From: an uncultured Alphaproteobacteria bacterium
GTDB lineage: Bacteria; Pseudomonadota; Alphaproteobacteria; RF32; CAG-239
Length of the DNA: 64,000 nt
Assembly: GCA_910576955.1 (NCBI GenBank)
Contig: CAJTJB010000003.1
Location: 121,750-185,749, forward strand
Direction of reading: 5' to 3'
Shown here: positions 54,934-64,000 of the stretch, one piece after another
Numbering within the stretch: position 1 is the first letter of the stretch
Layout of the letters: the number at the start of each line of letters is the position of its first letter
The notes under the pieces: model-generated
What the model was told of the DNA's origin: nothing
Database searches by the model: none
The model's input: the letters and a program-made list of their open reading frames with translations, nothing else
Program-made: the position numbers and the translations under genes

Positions 54934-55708
54934 TTTTTTCTCCCTCTGTTTCTGTGCTCGTTAGATTCTCTGCCGCGGCGGCTTTGTCATCTTTTTTGCG
55001 CAGACGTTTGTTTTGCGGCAGCCCGTAGAAAAAGTCATACATTTTGAAATAAATGATACTGATATAAACCAACACAGCGGCACGGACAAGCGTCGCCACC
55101 AAAAAATGCGCATGCACAAGCATAATCATCGCCGCCATCAAAAGCACAAACGCGCCAAACGCCACAGCGCCGATTTTGATAAGGTTGCCTTTGGTCTTGG
55201 CATATGTGGTCAACAGCGAGCGGTTTTTGCCCGTAATCTCGGAAACAAACGCAAACGACGGCACAATAAAGAAAATCGTAAACAAAACGAAAATAAACGC
55301 ATATTTGCCGATAAGCCACAAAGCGCTGCCGAGCACGGCATCCAAAACCTCGCCTCCCGCCGTCGGAAAGCTGATGCGGAAAAAGTAAATCCCCGTATTG
55401 ATAACGAGCGTCGCCATCACAATCGAGGTCAAAAACAGCCCGACCGCAGCCAAAAAGCGCACGCCCGCAGCCATAAAAATCCCCTTATCCCACACAATCT
55501 GCTGCTTATAATAGCATCCTGCCGCAAAATAGAAGAAAAGGTAAGTGTAAACGAGCGATACGACTTTAAAAGAAGCAGCGCCGATAAGCATCGGAGCCAA
55601 ACTTCCCAAAAAATAAAAAACTGTCAGAAACAAAAAGGCAAACCAATGGCTTAAGACATACCTGTAAGCGTTGCGGTAAACCTTTCGGACTGACAGTTTT
55701 TCTTTCAT
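54923..55708 (-). CDS. Polytopic membrane protein, hypothetical
   Basis: 261 aa with ~6 TM helices. 11-nt overlap with the downstream gene. Confidence 0.6.
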   Translation of the reverse strand: MKEKLSVRKVYRNAYRYVLSHWFAFLFLTVFYFLGSLAPMLIGAASFKVVSLVYTYLFFYFAAGCYYKQQIVWDKGIFMAAGVRFLAAVGLFLTSIVMATLVINTGIYFFRISFPTAGGEVLDAVLGSALWLIGKYAFIFVLFTIFFIVPSFAFVSEITGKNRSLLTTYAKTKGNLIKIGAVAFGAFVLLMAAMIMLVHAHFLVATLVRAAVLVYISIIYFKMYDFFYGLPQNKRLRKKDDKAAAAENLTSTETEGEKNAD

Positions 55709-55715
55709 ATCGCCT

Positions 55716-57059
<1,344 letters not shown>

Positions 57060-57093
57060 TAGACTTAATTCCTATTTATTTATCTTAAAAAGC

Positions 57094-57576
57094 TTATTCA
57101 ATCACAACCAACGGTTCGCCGTATTCAACCGGATCGCCGCTTTCCACCAAAATTTTGGCAACTTTGCCGCCTTTGTGGGCTTTCACGGGGTTAAACGTCT
57201 TCATAGCTTCCACGAGGCAAACCGTATCGCCCTCGGCAACCGTATCGCCAACCTTAACGTAGTTCGGCGTTTTCGGGTCAGCAGACAGGTAAACCACGCC
57301 GACCATCGGAGATTTCACGGCGTTCGGGCTGTTGGTGTAGTCTTCTTCGGCAGCAGCAACAGGGGCTGTGGCAGCCGGAGTGGCAGGTTGCGGCGCTGCA
57401 ACAGGTGCGGCAACGGGAGCAGCCGGAGCATAAGCGGCGGTTGCGGCAACGCCTGCGGGGTTTCTTACCAATGATATTCTGCAGCTTTCATCTTCGTATT
57501 CAAGTTCTGTTAAATTTGTTTTATCCAAGATTTCAGCCAGTCTGCTTATTATTTTTGTATCCAAGGGATTAGACAT
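57094..57576 (-). CDS. accB: Acetyl-CoA carboxylase, biotin carboxyl carrier protein
   Basis: Ala/Pro linker and biotinylation motif CLVEAMKTFNPV. Start chosen at ATG 57576 with a GAGAGGA RBS. Confidence 0.93.
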   Translation of the reverse strand: MSNPLDTKIISRLAEILDKTNLTELEYEDESCRISLVRNPAGVAATAAYAPAAPVAAPVAAPQPATPAATAPVAAAEEDYTNSPNAVKSPMVGVVYLSADPKTPNYVKVGDTVAEGDTVCLVEAMKTFNPVKAHKGGKVAKILVESGDPVEYGEPLVVIE

Positions 57577-57739
57577 AGTTATCCTCTCATAAAAAATTAA
57601 ATTCTCCCCATTCATAAGCCGATTATCCGAAAATTACAAGCATTTTCTTCCACATCTCCCCAAACAATACACAAAAAAACCGCTAAAAAGTGTAAAAACA
57701 GAAAGTTAAATTATCATATTTAACGGCTTTCTCCGTATA

Positions 57740-57775
57740 GTCATTGCGAGGAGGCGTAGCCGACGTGGCAATCTC
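57740..57775 (+). repeat. Family A repeat
   Basis: gtcattgcgaggaggcgtagccgacgtggcaatctc. Confidence 0.9.
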
Positions 57776-57822
57776 GTAAAGGGGTGTCGTCTGAAACCAC
57801 AACACAAAAGAAATAAAAAAAC

Positions 57823-58302
57823 TTAATAAGAAATGCTGACGGTATAAGTGCCGGTGTATTGTCCGGCAGGCTGATTCGGATTAACATCTAGGCTGCCGCC
57901 GACTTTGATTTGCCCCGTGCCGTAGTAATCGAGTCTGGTCAAAGAGGCGTCGCTGAACAAAGCCGCCGTCATAGTCCGGCTGGTTTCATTGGCAACAACC
58001 GCCGAATTGTCCAGCTTAATGTTCACCGCCGCATTAGGCGCGCCGTAAATGGAAAAGAGCCCCGCGGAAGTGTTGCTGATGCTGTTGGCAAAATTTCCGC
58101 CGCTTACTCTGCCGTCCGTATCAATGCGGATAGTCTGCGCCGTCGGCATGGAAACAATCGTACCGAAGTTAAGGTTTTGCTCTTCTTTGATTGATAACGA
58201 ACTCTTAATCGTAAAAGTCACCGGCACGATAATCGTCTGCTGCCGTTTCTGGCAGCTGTTGTTATAGCTGTAGCAATGTCCGGTTTGGTTAACATCGCAC
58301 AA
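57823..58302 (-). CDS. DUF4402-like beta-sandwich domain ORF (no signal peptide; may be the 3' part of a frameshifted gene)
   Basis: ..EQNLNFGTIV...GLFSIYGAPNAAVNIKL...IKVGGSLDVNPNQPAGQYTGTYTVSISY. The pattern resembles DUF4402 proteins. The only starts are non-ATG (TTG 58302 or GTG overlapping the upstream TGA). Confidence 0.5.
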   Translation of the reverse strand: MCDVNQTGHCYSYNNSCQKRQQTIIVPVTFTIKSSLSIKEEQNLNFGTIVSMPTAQTIRIDTDGRVSGGNFANSISNTSAGLFSIYGAPNAAVNIKLDNSAVVANETSRTMTAALFSDASLTRLDYYGTGQIKVGGSLDVNPNQPAGQYTGTYTVSISY

Positions 58303-58790
58303 TAATTATCGAAAATATACGTCGCCTGATTGAGCGTATACGTTCCCTCGCGGCAATAGCCTTTAAGCGTAAGCGTCGCCTTAACCGGCAGCGATTGCGA
58401 AGTCGGGATGTTGGAACAAGACCGGTTAGTGCCAGCGGCAATGGAAAACTTTGAAAATTTGTCTTCAGATAACGAGGCACTGGTCACTTGCGCCGTGCAG
58501 CCCTCGCTGATGGTTTCGGCAGATCCACCCGAGGCAGTCACGCCGTCGATACGGTCATAATAATTGCTCTGCGTGGTCGTGGAGGTATAGGAAATATATC
58601 CTAAAGAGTGAGTTCCGTCTGCTGTTCCGCCGCTGACGGAAACGCCTCCGCCGGCGCTCATCTGGGCAATTGTTGTTGTCGAACTTTGGATAATATCCCC
58701 GAAATTGATGTTTCCGGTAACCGATGACGCTTCGGTTTTTGCAGCAAAAGCGCACCCGAAAAAGAGCGTACCCCGATTATTTTTGCACAT
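58218..58790 (-). CDS. Secreted DUF4402-like protein (5' ORF of the pair)
   Basis: Signal-like N-terminus MCKNNRGTLFFGCAFAAKTEA, then GNINFGDII...LKGYCREGTYTLNQATYIF. It overlaps the downstream ORF by 85 nt in another frame. Confidence 0.55.
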   Translation of the reverse strand: MCKNNRGTLFFGCAFAAKTEASSVTGNINFGDIIQSSTTTIAQMSAGGGVSVSGGTADGTHSLGYISYTSTTTQSNYYDRIDGVTASGGSAETISEGCTAQVTSASLSEDKFSKFSIAAGTNRSCSNIPTSQSLPVKATLTLKGYCREGTYTLNQATYIFDNYCAMLTKPDIATAITTAARNGSRRLSCR

Positions 58791-58996
58791 TTACCCAATT
58801 TATTTATACTCCGCCGGACAACCGCTTAAGAAAAAGGAACGTTATTTATATACAAAATCCGACACGAAAAATCAACCGCAAATCAATATTTTTGCACACG
58901 GCAAAACAACGCAAAAATTCTCCGTTTGCTGACTGTTTTTTAACTTATTGCGCTTATATTAGCTGCAAATAACAGAGTAACAGTTTGGAGAGTACA

Positions 58997-60241
58997 ATGC
59001 GCAATTTGCTGGAAGTATTAAACAATTATAACATAAACGGCGAGATTTTGGGGCAAACTCGCGGACCTTTGTTGGAAATTATCGAATTTCAGCCCGCCGC
59101 CGGCACAAAGCTTAAAAACATTGCCGCCGTCACTGATGACATCCGCCGCGAACTGGGCGTTTCTTCGCTTTTTATCAATCCCGCGCCCGCAGGCAACGCG
59201 CTTTTGTTCCAAGTTCCCGCGGAAAGTTTTGAAACGGTGGATTTCAAAGCGCTGCTGGATAGTCCGGAATTTGCCGCCGCCAAAGAAAAATATGCCTTGC
59301 CGCTTTTAATGGGCGCAGATATCAAAGGCGCTCCCGTCATTGCCGATTTGGCAAAAATGCCGCATTTGCTGATTGGCGGCACGACAGGCTCGGGCAAATC
59401 CGTGGGCTTAAACACCTTTATCCTCTCGCTCATCGCCGCCAAGAAACCCTCCGAAGTCAAATTTGTGCTCATTGACCCCAAAAAAATCGAATTCAGCGGA
59501 TATAATAACCAGAAATACCTCTATGCGCCGGTCATCACTGAAACTGCCGAGGCAGTTGCCGTTTTGGCATATCTTGCAGAAGAGATGGATAAGCGCTACG
59601 GGCTGTTTGCCGAAAATATGAGCAAAAATCTCGCCGACTATAACCGCACCGCCGATGAAAAACTGCCGTATATCGTCTGCGTGATAGACGAATTTGCCGA
59701 CCTGATGGCGCTCGATAAAAACGTTGAAAAAGACGTAATGCGTCTGGCGCAAAAGGCACGAGCCGCCGGCATCCATCTGATATTGGCAACACAGCGCCCG
59801 TCTGTGGATGTCGTCACCGGCGTTTTAAAAGCCAATTTTCCGACTAGACTAGCCTATAAAGTCGCCTCAACGGCAGATTCGCGAACAATTTTGGATGCGA
59901 CCGGCGCGGAAGATTTAATCGGGCGCGGCGATTCGCTGTTTTTGGCAGCTGACGGCAATTTAATCCGCCTGCACGGCGCATATGTGCCGGATTCGGAAAT
60001 AGCGGCAAGGCTGGAGCCGTATCGTGCTGCAGTCAAACCGCTGAAACTGGCATACGGGGCAGGGAGCAGCGTTGCGCTTGCCGAGAAGCCGGCAGAGCCG
60101 TTTCACAAACGGGCGTGGCGGTTTTGGAGCGGCTTGCGGCAAAAGGATAAAGAGCTGATAATCCGCGGCGTAAAATATCTGATTGCCTTTATAGCCGGAC
60201 GTTTAAGCGCAAAGAAAAGCAACCGTAAAACAAAGCATTAG
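58997..60241 (+). CDS. FtsK/SpoIIIE-family ATPase core only (no N-terminal TM domain, no gamma/winged-helix domain)
   Basis: LAKMPHLLIGGTTGSGKSVGLNTFILSL (Walker A), VCVIDEFADLM (Walker B), LILATQRPSVDVVTGVLKANFPTRLAYKVAS..DSRTILD. GGAGAG RBS before ATG 58997. Confidence 0.85.
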   Translation: MRNLLEVLNNYNINGEILGQTRGPLLEIIEFQPAAGTKLKNIAAVTDDIRRELGVSSLFINPAPAGNALLFQVPAESFETVDFKALLDSPEFAAAKEKYALPLLMGADIKGAPVIADLAKMPHLLIGGTTGSGKSVGLNTFILSLIAAKKPSEVKFVLIDPKKIEFSGYNNQKYLYAPVITETAEAVAVLAYLAEEMDKRYGLFAENMSKNLADYNRTADEKLPYIVCVIDEFADLMALDKNVEKDVMRLAQKARAAGIHLILATQRPSVDVVTGVLKANFPTRLAYKVASTADSRTILDATGAEDLIGRGDSLFLAADGNLIRLHGAYVPDSEIAARLEPYRAAVKPLKLAYGAGSSVALAEKPAEPFHKRAWRFWSGLRQKDKELIIRGVKYLIAFIAGRLSAKKSNRKTKH

Positions 60242-60324
60242 ATAAATACGCACAAAAAAGTGCAAAAAATCAAAAAAAACGCTTGCCAACTAAAAAAAAC
60301 TCATATATAAACCTATCTCGTGGC

Positions 60325-60401
<77 letters not shown>

Positions 60402-60416
60402 GTTAAAATAAAAAAT

Positions 60417-60438
60417 CAGGGCTTGTCCCTGTTTTTTT
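60417..60438 (+). terminator. Rho-independent terminator after tRNA-Phe
   Basis: cagggc-ttg-tccctg followed by T7. Confidence 0.75.
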
Positions 60439-60580
60439 ATTTTAAATCGTCGTTCAACGATAGGGGGATCGAACCCCCAGAAGGGGGTTTGACTACAAAC
60501 GAAAGCGAGACGGAAGTATCGCGGTCGGCTGAAAGCCGATGAGTGCCCGTGCGGCCGAGGCTTTGAAAAAGCCGAAGGTC

Positions 60581-60599
60581 ATCCCCTCTCTGGCCACCA
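60581..60599 (+). repeat. 19-bp direct repeat of the tRNA-Phe 3' end (att-like)
   Basis: atcccctctctggccacca is identical to 60383-60401. Confidence 0.9.
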
Positions 60600-60627
60600 A
60601 ACATTTCATACTCTCATCTAAACGCAA

Positions 60628-60663
60628 GTCATTGCGAGGAGCTTTAGCGACGCGGCAATCTCA
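60628..60663 (+). repeat. Family A repeat
   Basis: gtcattgcgaggagctttagcgacgcggcaatctc. Confidence 0.9.
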
Positions 60664-60775
60664 TTCGCCAAGAGCATTCTTCCTTTATCATACCTTTTTC
60701 AAGCGGTCTGTCACCAGCCGAAGGTCACCCCCTCTCACCCCGCTCCACACAAAAAAACAACCAATCATCCAAACA

Positions 60776-60820
60776 CCTCCCCTTCCCACGGAGGAAGGGG
60801 CTGGGGGATGGGGACAACAT
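60776..60820. repeat. Family B repeat
   Basis: cctccccttcccacggaggaaggggctgggggatggggacaacat. Confidence 0.85.
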
Positions 60821-60928
60821 ATAATCTAATCCCTCTCTCCGCCTTTTAAACTTGACAACCCCGCATATGCCCGCTATATTCCCCCCGAATAAGATAAATA
60901 TATGTTTAATTACTAAATCGCAATTTTT

Positions 60929-61645
60929 ATGGAACAGTTAAAGAGCGACACCATTAGCCGCATGTACCAAGATTACGTCAGCAAAGGGCTTCCCGTCATC
61001 AAACGAGGCAAAATCCGTTTCATACCCTGTATGCGTGACGGGGCAAAAAAATACTTCGTTATGGCATTGCCGAACCAACAGTTCAAAGCCGACCCGATAA
61101 GCATTAAAATCGGCTGGGGCGAGTTCGGGAAATATGTCTTTACCTATGCCGTCAAAACGCTGAAAGAGGAAACGCTGCTGAATTTCTCGACGCTGGCGTT
61201 CTATAATACCGAAACCGGCGAGCAACTGGAAAGCACTGACGCCGCATACGGCAAAGTGAGCCTCGGCAAGGTGATTATCCTCAATGGGCAAATCCTCGCG
61301 GTTTGCGGCGAAAAGAACGATCCCCCGCGCTTTTATGCCATTATCGGCAAAAAGTTAAAGGAAGTGCCGGCAACAGTGGCGGAGAGTGCGCTGCGTTTCT
61401 CGCATTTAAGCGACCAACACAAGCAGGTGCTGATGGAATATTACAGCCGCGAGGGCTGGGAACAGCACAACGGCATCATCATCAATCCCGAGACAAACAG
61501 CGTCCCGAACGAAATGTTGTTTCAGTTCTGGAAACGCGGGCGGCGCTATAAAGCCGAGCTGTTAAAGCTGGATATGGAGTTTCTGGCAAAACTGCTGACC
61601 CGCACCGACAACGAAAAGCCCGTCATCAAGTACATCAAGCTCTGA
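60929..61645 (+). CDS. Hypothetical protein
   Basis: 238-aa ORF followed by a terminator. No recognisable motif. Confidence 0.55.
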   Translation: MEQLKSDTISRMYQDYVSKGLPVIKRGKIRFIPCMRDGAKKYFVMALPNQQFKADPISIKIGWGEFGKYVFTYAVKTLKEETLLNFSTLAFYNTETGEQLESTDAAYGKVSLGKVIILNGQILAVCGEKNDPPRFYAIIGKKLKEVPATVAESALRFSHLSDQHKQVLMEYYSREGWEQHNGIIINPETNSVPNEMLFQFWKRGRRYKAELLKLDMEFLAKLLTRTDNEKPVIKYIKL

Positions 61646-61656
61646 CACGTGCAAAA

Positions 61657-61692
61657 AACGCCCTCCCAACCATACGGGACGGCGTTTTTTTT
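61657..61692 (+). terminator. Rho-independent terminator
   Basis: aacgccctccc...gggacggcgtt followed by T8. Confidence 0.75.
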
Positions 61693-61743
61693 ATGTACTG
61701 ACGTATCATCACGCAAACAGTGGCAAACCTTTCTCTTTTCTTG

Positions 61744-61782
61744 CGTCATTGCGAGGTTTGCAAAACAAACCGTGGCAATCTC
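61744..61782 (+). repeat. Family A repeat
   Basis: gtcattgcgaggtttgcaaaacaaaccgtggcaatctc. Confidence 0.9.
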
Positions 61783-61798
61783 AAGAGAGTATGGCATC

Positions 61799-63643
61799 TC
61801 AACCATTGCACGCTTTCAAAATAAACTCGCTCAATTTCTCGTTAAACAGGCTCGGGTTGGAAACCGCCTCGCCCTCGGCAATTTTCGCCTGTTCCAAAAC
61901 GAGCATTGAGGCGTCTTTGACAGTTTGCTCGCACCCGCCCGCGGCAAGCATTTCGGAAAGTTTGATAATCAGCGGATGGTAGGGGTTGATTTGCAAAATG
62001 CGCTCGCTGTCAAACGCCGTCTTTTGCTGATGGTTGCGCATTAAGCGCTCCAAGTGAATGCTCATTTGCCCGTTTTCCACCGTCAGGCTCGCCGGGCTTT
62101 TAGTCAGATTTTCCGTGATTTCAACCTTGCCTGCCTCGCCTTTGAACCAATCGCCCATTTTGTCGGTCAGCGCTTTGAGCTTTGCCTCGTCGGCTTTGGG
62201 CATTTCACGCTTGCTGTCAAGTTTGAGGTCTGCCTGCGAGATGTGCTTGAGGTCGTGCCCTTTGTAAACCGGCAAAGTCTGTGTCCAAAACTCATCAATC
62301 GGGTCGGTTAAGAGCAAAACTTCAATCCCTTTCTCGGCAAAAGCCTCCAGCTGCGGGTTGCAGGCAAGCGTTTTGGCGTCATCGCCGGTGATGTAATAAA
62401 TCGCTTTTTGGTCTTTGCCCATCCGCTCGACATATGCATCAAGAGAGGTCAGCTTGTCGCCGGATTGAGTGGTATAAAAGCGGGAAAGCTCCGCCACTTC
62501 TTCGCGGTTGGTAAAGTCTTCGTAAATTCCCTCTTTAAACGCAATGCCAAACGCTTTCCAAAATTTCTCGTAAGATTCCTCATCTTTAGCTTTGTTCTTC
62601 AGCTCTTTGAACAAGCGGGAAACCACGCCTTGGCGGATTTTTGCAATCAAAGCGCTTTGCTGCAGCATCTCGCGGGAGATATTAAGCGGCAAATCGGCAC
62701 TGTCAATCACGCCTTTGACAAAGCGCAGATACATCGGCATCAGCCCCTCGACTTTATCGGAGATAAACACTTTGTTGACATAAAGCTTAATGCCGGTCAT
62801 CCGGTCAGGCTGGAACAAATCGTACGGCGCTTTGGAGGGGATAAACAACAGCCCCGTATATTCCAAACTGCCCTCCGCCTTAAAATGCAGCGTCATCCAT
62901 GGCTCATCAAAGTTTTTGGTAACGTGCTGATAAAAATCTTTATACTGCTTTTCGGTAATTTCCGCTTTGTTGCGCGTCCACAGCGCCGCCGCGGTGTTCA
63001 CGGTTTCTTCGCCCGCCTCGCCGAGGTTTAAGACAATCGGGTAGTCGATATGCTCGGAATAAGTATGGATAATATTGCGCAGATAAATCGTATCCGTAAA
63101 GTCTTTGGCGTCTTCTTTAAGAAAGAGCTTGATGTCGGTGCCGTTGCCGTCTTTTTCGGCTTCCGAGATTTCAAAACCGCCCACGCCGTCAGACACCCAT
63201 TTATAAGCGTTGTCGGAATCAGCGCGGCGGGTAATGATTTCCACCTTTTCCGCCACCATAAATGCCGAATAAAACCCGACGCCGAACTGCCCGATAAGCT
63301 CAATCGGTGAAGCATTTTCTTTTGCGTTTTGCAAAAACTCCGCCGTGCCGGATTTGGCAATCGTGCCGATATGGTTAATCAGGTCATCGCGGTTCATACC
63401 GATACCGTTGTCGGAAATAATAAGCGTCCGATTGTCTTTGTCAGGCGTAATCACAATGCGGTACGGGGCAGGGCTTCTTTTCAAATCCGGATTAGCCAGC
63501 GTCCAATATTTCAGCTTGTCCAGCGCGTCCGACGCGTTTGAGATAAGCTCGCGCAAAAAGATATATTTTTCCGAATAAAGCGAGTTAATCACAATGTTCA
63601 GAAGTTTGTTCACTTCGGTTTTAAATTCGATTTTTTCAGCCAT
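61799..63643 (-). CDS. htpG: Molecular chaperone HtpG (Hsp90)
   Basis: MAEKIEFKTEVNKLLNIVINSLYSEKYIFLRELISNASDALDKL..GQFGVGFYSAF; 614 aa. Confidence 0.96.
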   Translation of the reverse strand: MAEKIEFKTEVNKLLNIVINSLYSEKYIFLRELISNASDALDKLKYWTLANPDLKRSPAPYRIVITPDKDNRTLIISDNGIGMNRDDLINHIGTIAKSGTAEFLQNAKENASPIELIGQFGVGFYSAFMVAEKVEIITRRADSDNAYKWVSDGVGGFEISEAEKDGNGTDIKLFLKEDAKDFTDTIYLRNIIHTYSEHIDYPIVLNLGEAGEETVNTAAALWTRNKAEITEKQYKDFYQHVTKNFDEPWMTLHFKAEGSLEYTGLLFIPSKAPYDLFQPDRMTGIKLYVNKVFISDKVEGLMPMYLRFVKGVIDSADLPLNISREMLQQSALIAKIRQGVVSRLFKELKNKAKDEESYEKFWKAFGIAFKEGIYEDFTNREEVAELSRFYTTQSGDKLTSLDAYVERMGKDQKAIYYITGDDAKTLACNPQLEAFAEKGIEVLLLTDPIDEFWTQTLPVYKGHDLKHISQADLKLDSKREMPKADEAKLKALTDKMGDWFKGEAGKVEITENLTKSPASLTVENGQMSIHLERLMRNHQQKTAFDSERILQINPYHPLIIKLSEMLAAGGCEQTVKDASMLVLEQAKIAEGEAVSNPSLFNEKLSEFILKACNG

Positions 63644-63761
63644 CTCAATAAGCTCCCCAAATAAGTTGATTCATAATCTGAAACTTATATAGGAAACCGC
63701 ACTTCCAAACGCAAGAGTAAAACCGATTTTTTCTCAATTATCTTCTTTTTTATATAGCGAA

Positions 63762-63791
63762 GCATTGCAAGGCAGCCGACGTGGCAATCTC
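63762..63791 (+). repeat. Degenerate family A repeat
   Basis: gcattgcaaggcagccgacgtggcaatctc. Confidence 0.7.
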
Positions 63792-63811
63792 AAGAGGCAC
63801 GCGCGCAAAAA

Positions 63812-64000
63812 TTAATATGAAGCGCCTTGTTCCCGCAAATAAGCGCTGATTTCATAATATTTCTTCTGGTCGGAAATCTTAAGCGCCGATTCGCCTGCAG
63901 CATTGCGGAAGTTCAGGTTTGCGCCGCGCTTAACCAAAAACTCTATGCAAAAGCGCTGTTTTGCCCGCACAGCCACCATCAACGGCGTAACGCCGGATAT
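63812..64000 (-). CDS. Ankyrin-repeat protein, C-terminal fragment (N-terminus beyond the right window edge)
   Basis: The reverse strand is open from the window edge to stop TAA (63814-63812): ..SGVTPLMVAVRAKQRFCIEFLVKRGANLNFRNAAGESALKIS.. This fits the ANK consensus (TPLxxA...G..N). Absent from the ORF track because it has no in-window start. Confidence 0.65.
   Translation of the reverse strand: MSGVTPLMVAVRAKQRFCIEFLVKRGANLNFRNAAGESALKISDQKKYYEISAYLREQGASY

Noticed and set aside
60440-60520. Possible tRNA or tmRNA fragment on the minus strand (gggggttcgatccccc T-arm-like motif)
   Set aside because: No acceptor stem, D-arm or anticodon arm can be built around it, and there is no CCA or tag-ORF context. 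It is treated only as part of the hairpin-rich segment between the tRNA-Phe direct repeats.

Overview
A 64-kb chromosomal segment of a Gram-negative bacterium at roughly 50% GC. LpxI-LpxB lipid A genes, AccBC, a rubredoxin-fused flavin reductase and an A2M-PBP1C pair suggest an anaerobic, possibly host-associated alphaproteobacterium-like organism; this taxonomy is inference only. I call about 57 CDS (two truncated at the window edges and absent from the ORF track), 2 tRNAs (an atypical initiator tRNA-fMet and tRNA-Phe), several intrinsic terminators and one clear promoter. I recognised no rRNA, CRISPR array, integrase or transposase. Housekeeping genes: trkH, psd, pbpC plus an alpha-2-macroglobulin, lpxI, lpxB, comEC, accB, accC, htpG and a truncated ftsK-like gene. 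There is also a surface-polysaccharide gene set: GT2, GT8, another glycosyltransferase, CgeB-like paralogs and a FrhB-pyruvyl transferase fusion. Three things stand out. (1) A promoter-led three-gene operon at 3055-9542 encodes an oversized HExxH + Gln-rich 42-bp-repeat + vWA(MIDAS) protein, an 875-aa AAA_5/MoxR-like ATPase and a small acidic protein, with no obvious client gene; this is my best candidate for an undescribed system. (2) Other accessory candidates: a PcfJ-like + LRR giant protein, a translationally coupled HAD-nucleotidase/zeta-like-kinase pair, and a 4.3-kb AT-rich island of secreted and membrane proteins abutting the tRNA-fMet. (3) Nearly every intergenic region is a mosaic of at least four short repeat families, including hairpin, MITE-like inverted-repeat, G/C-tract hairpin and nested-insertion forms. 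These repeats generate many spurious ORFs in the supplied track. All domain names come from motif recognition by eye and need HMM or structure confirmation.
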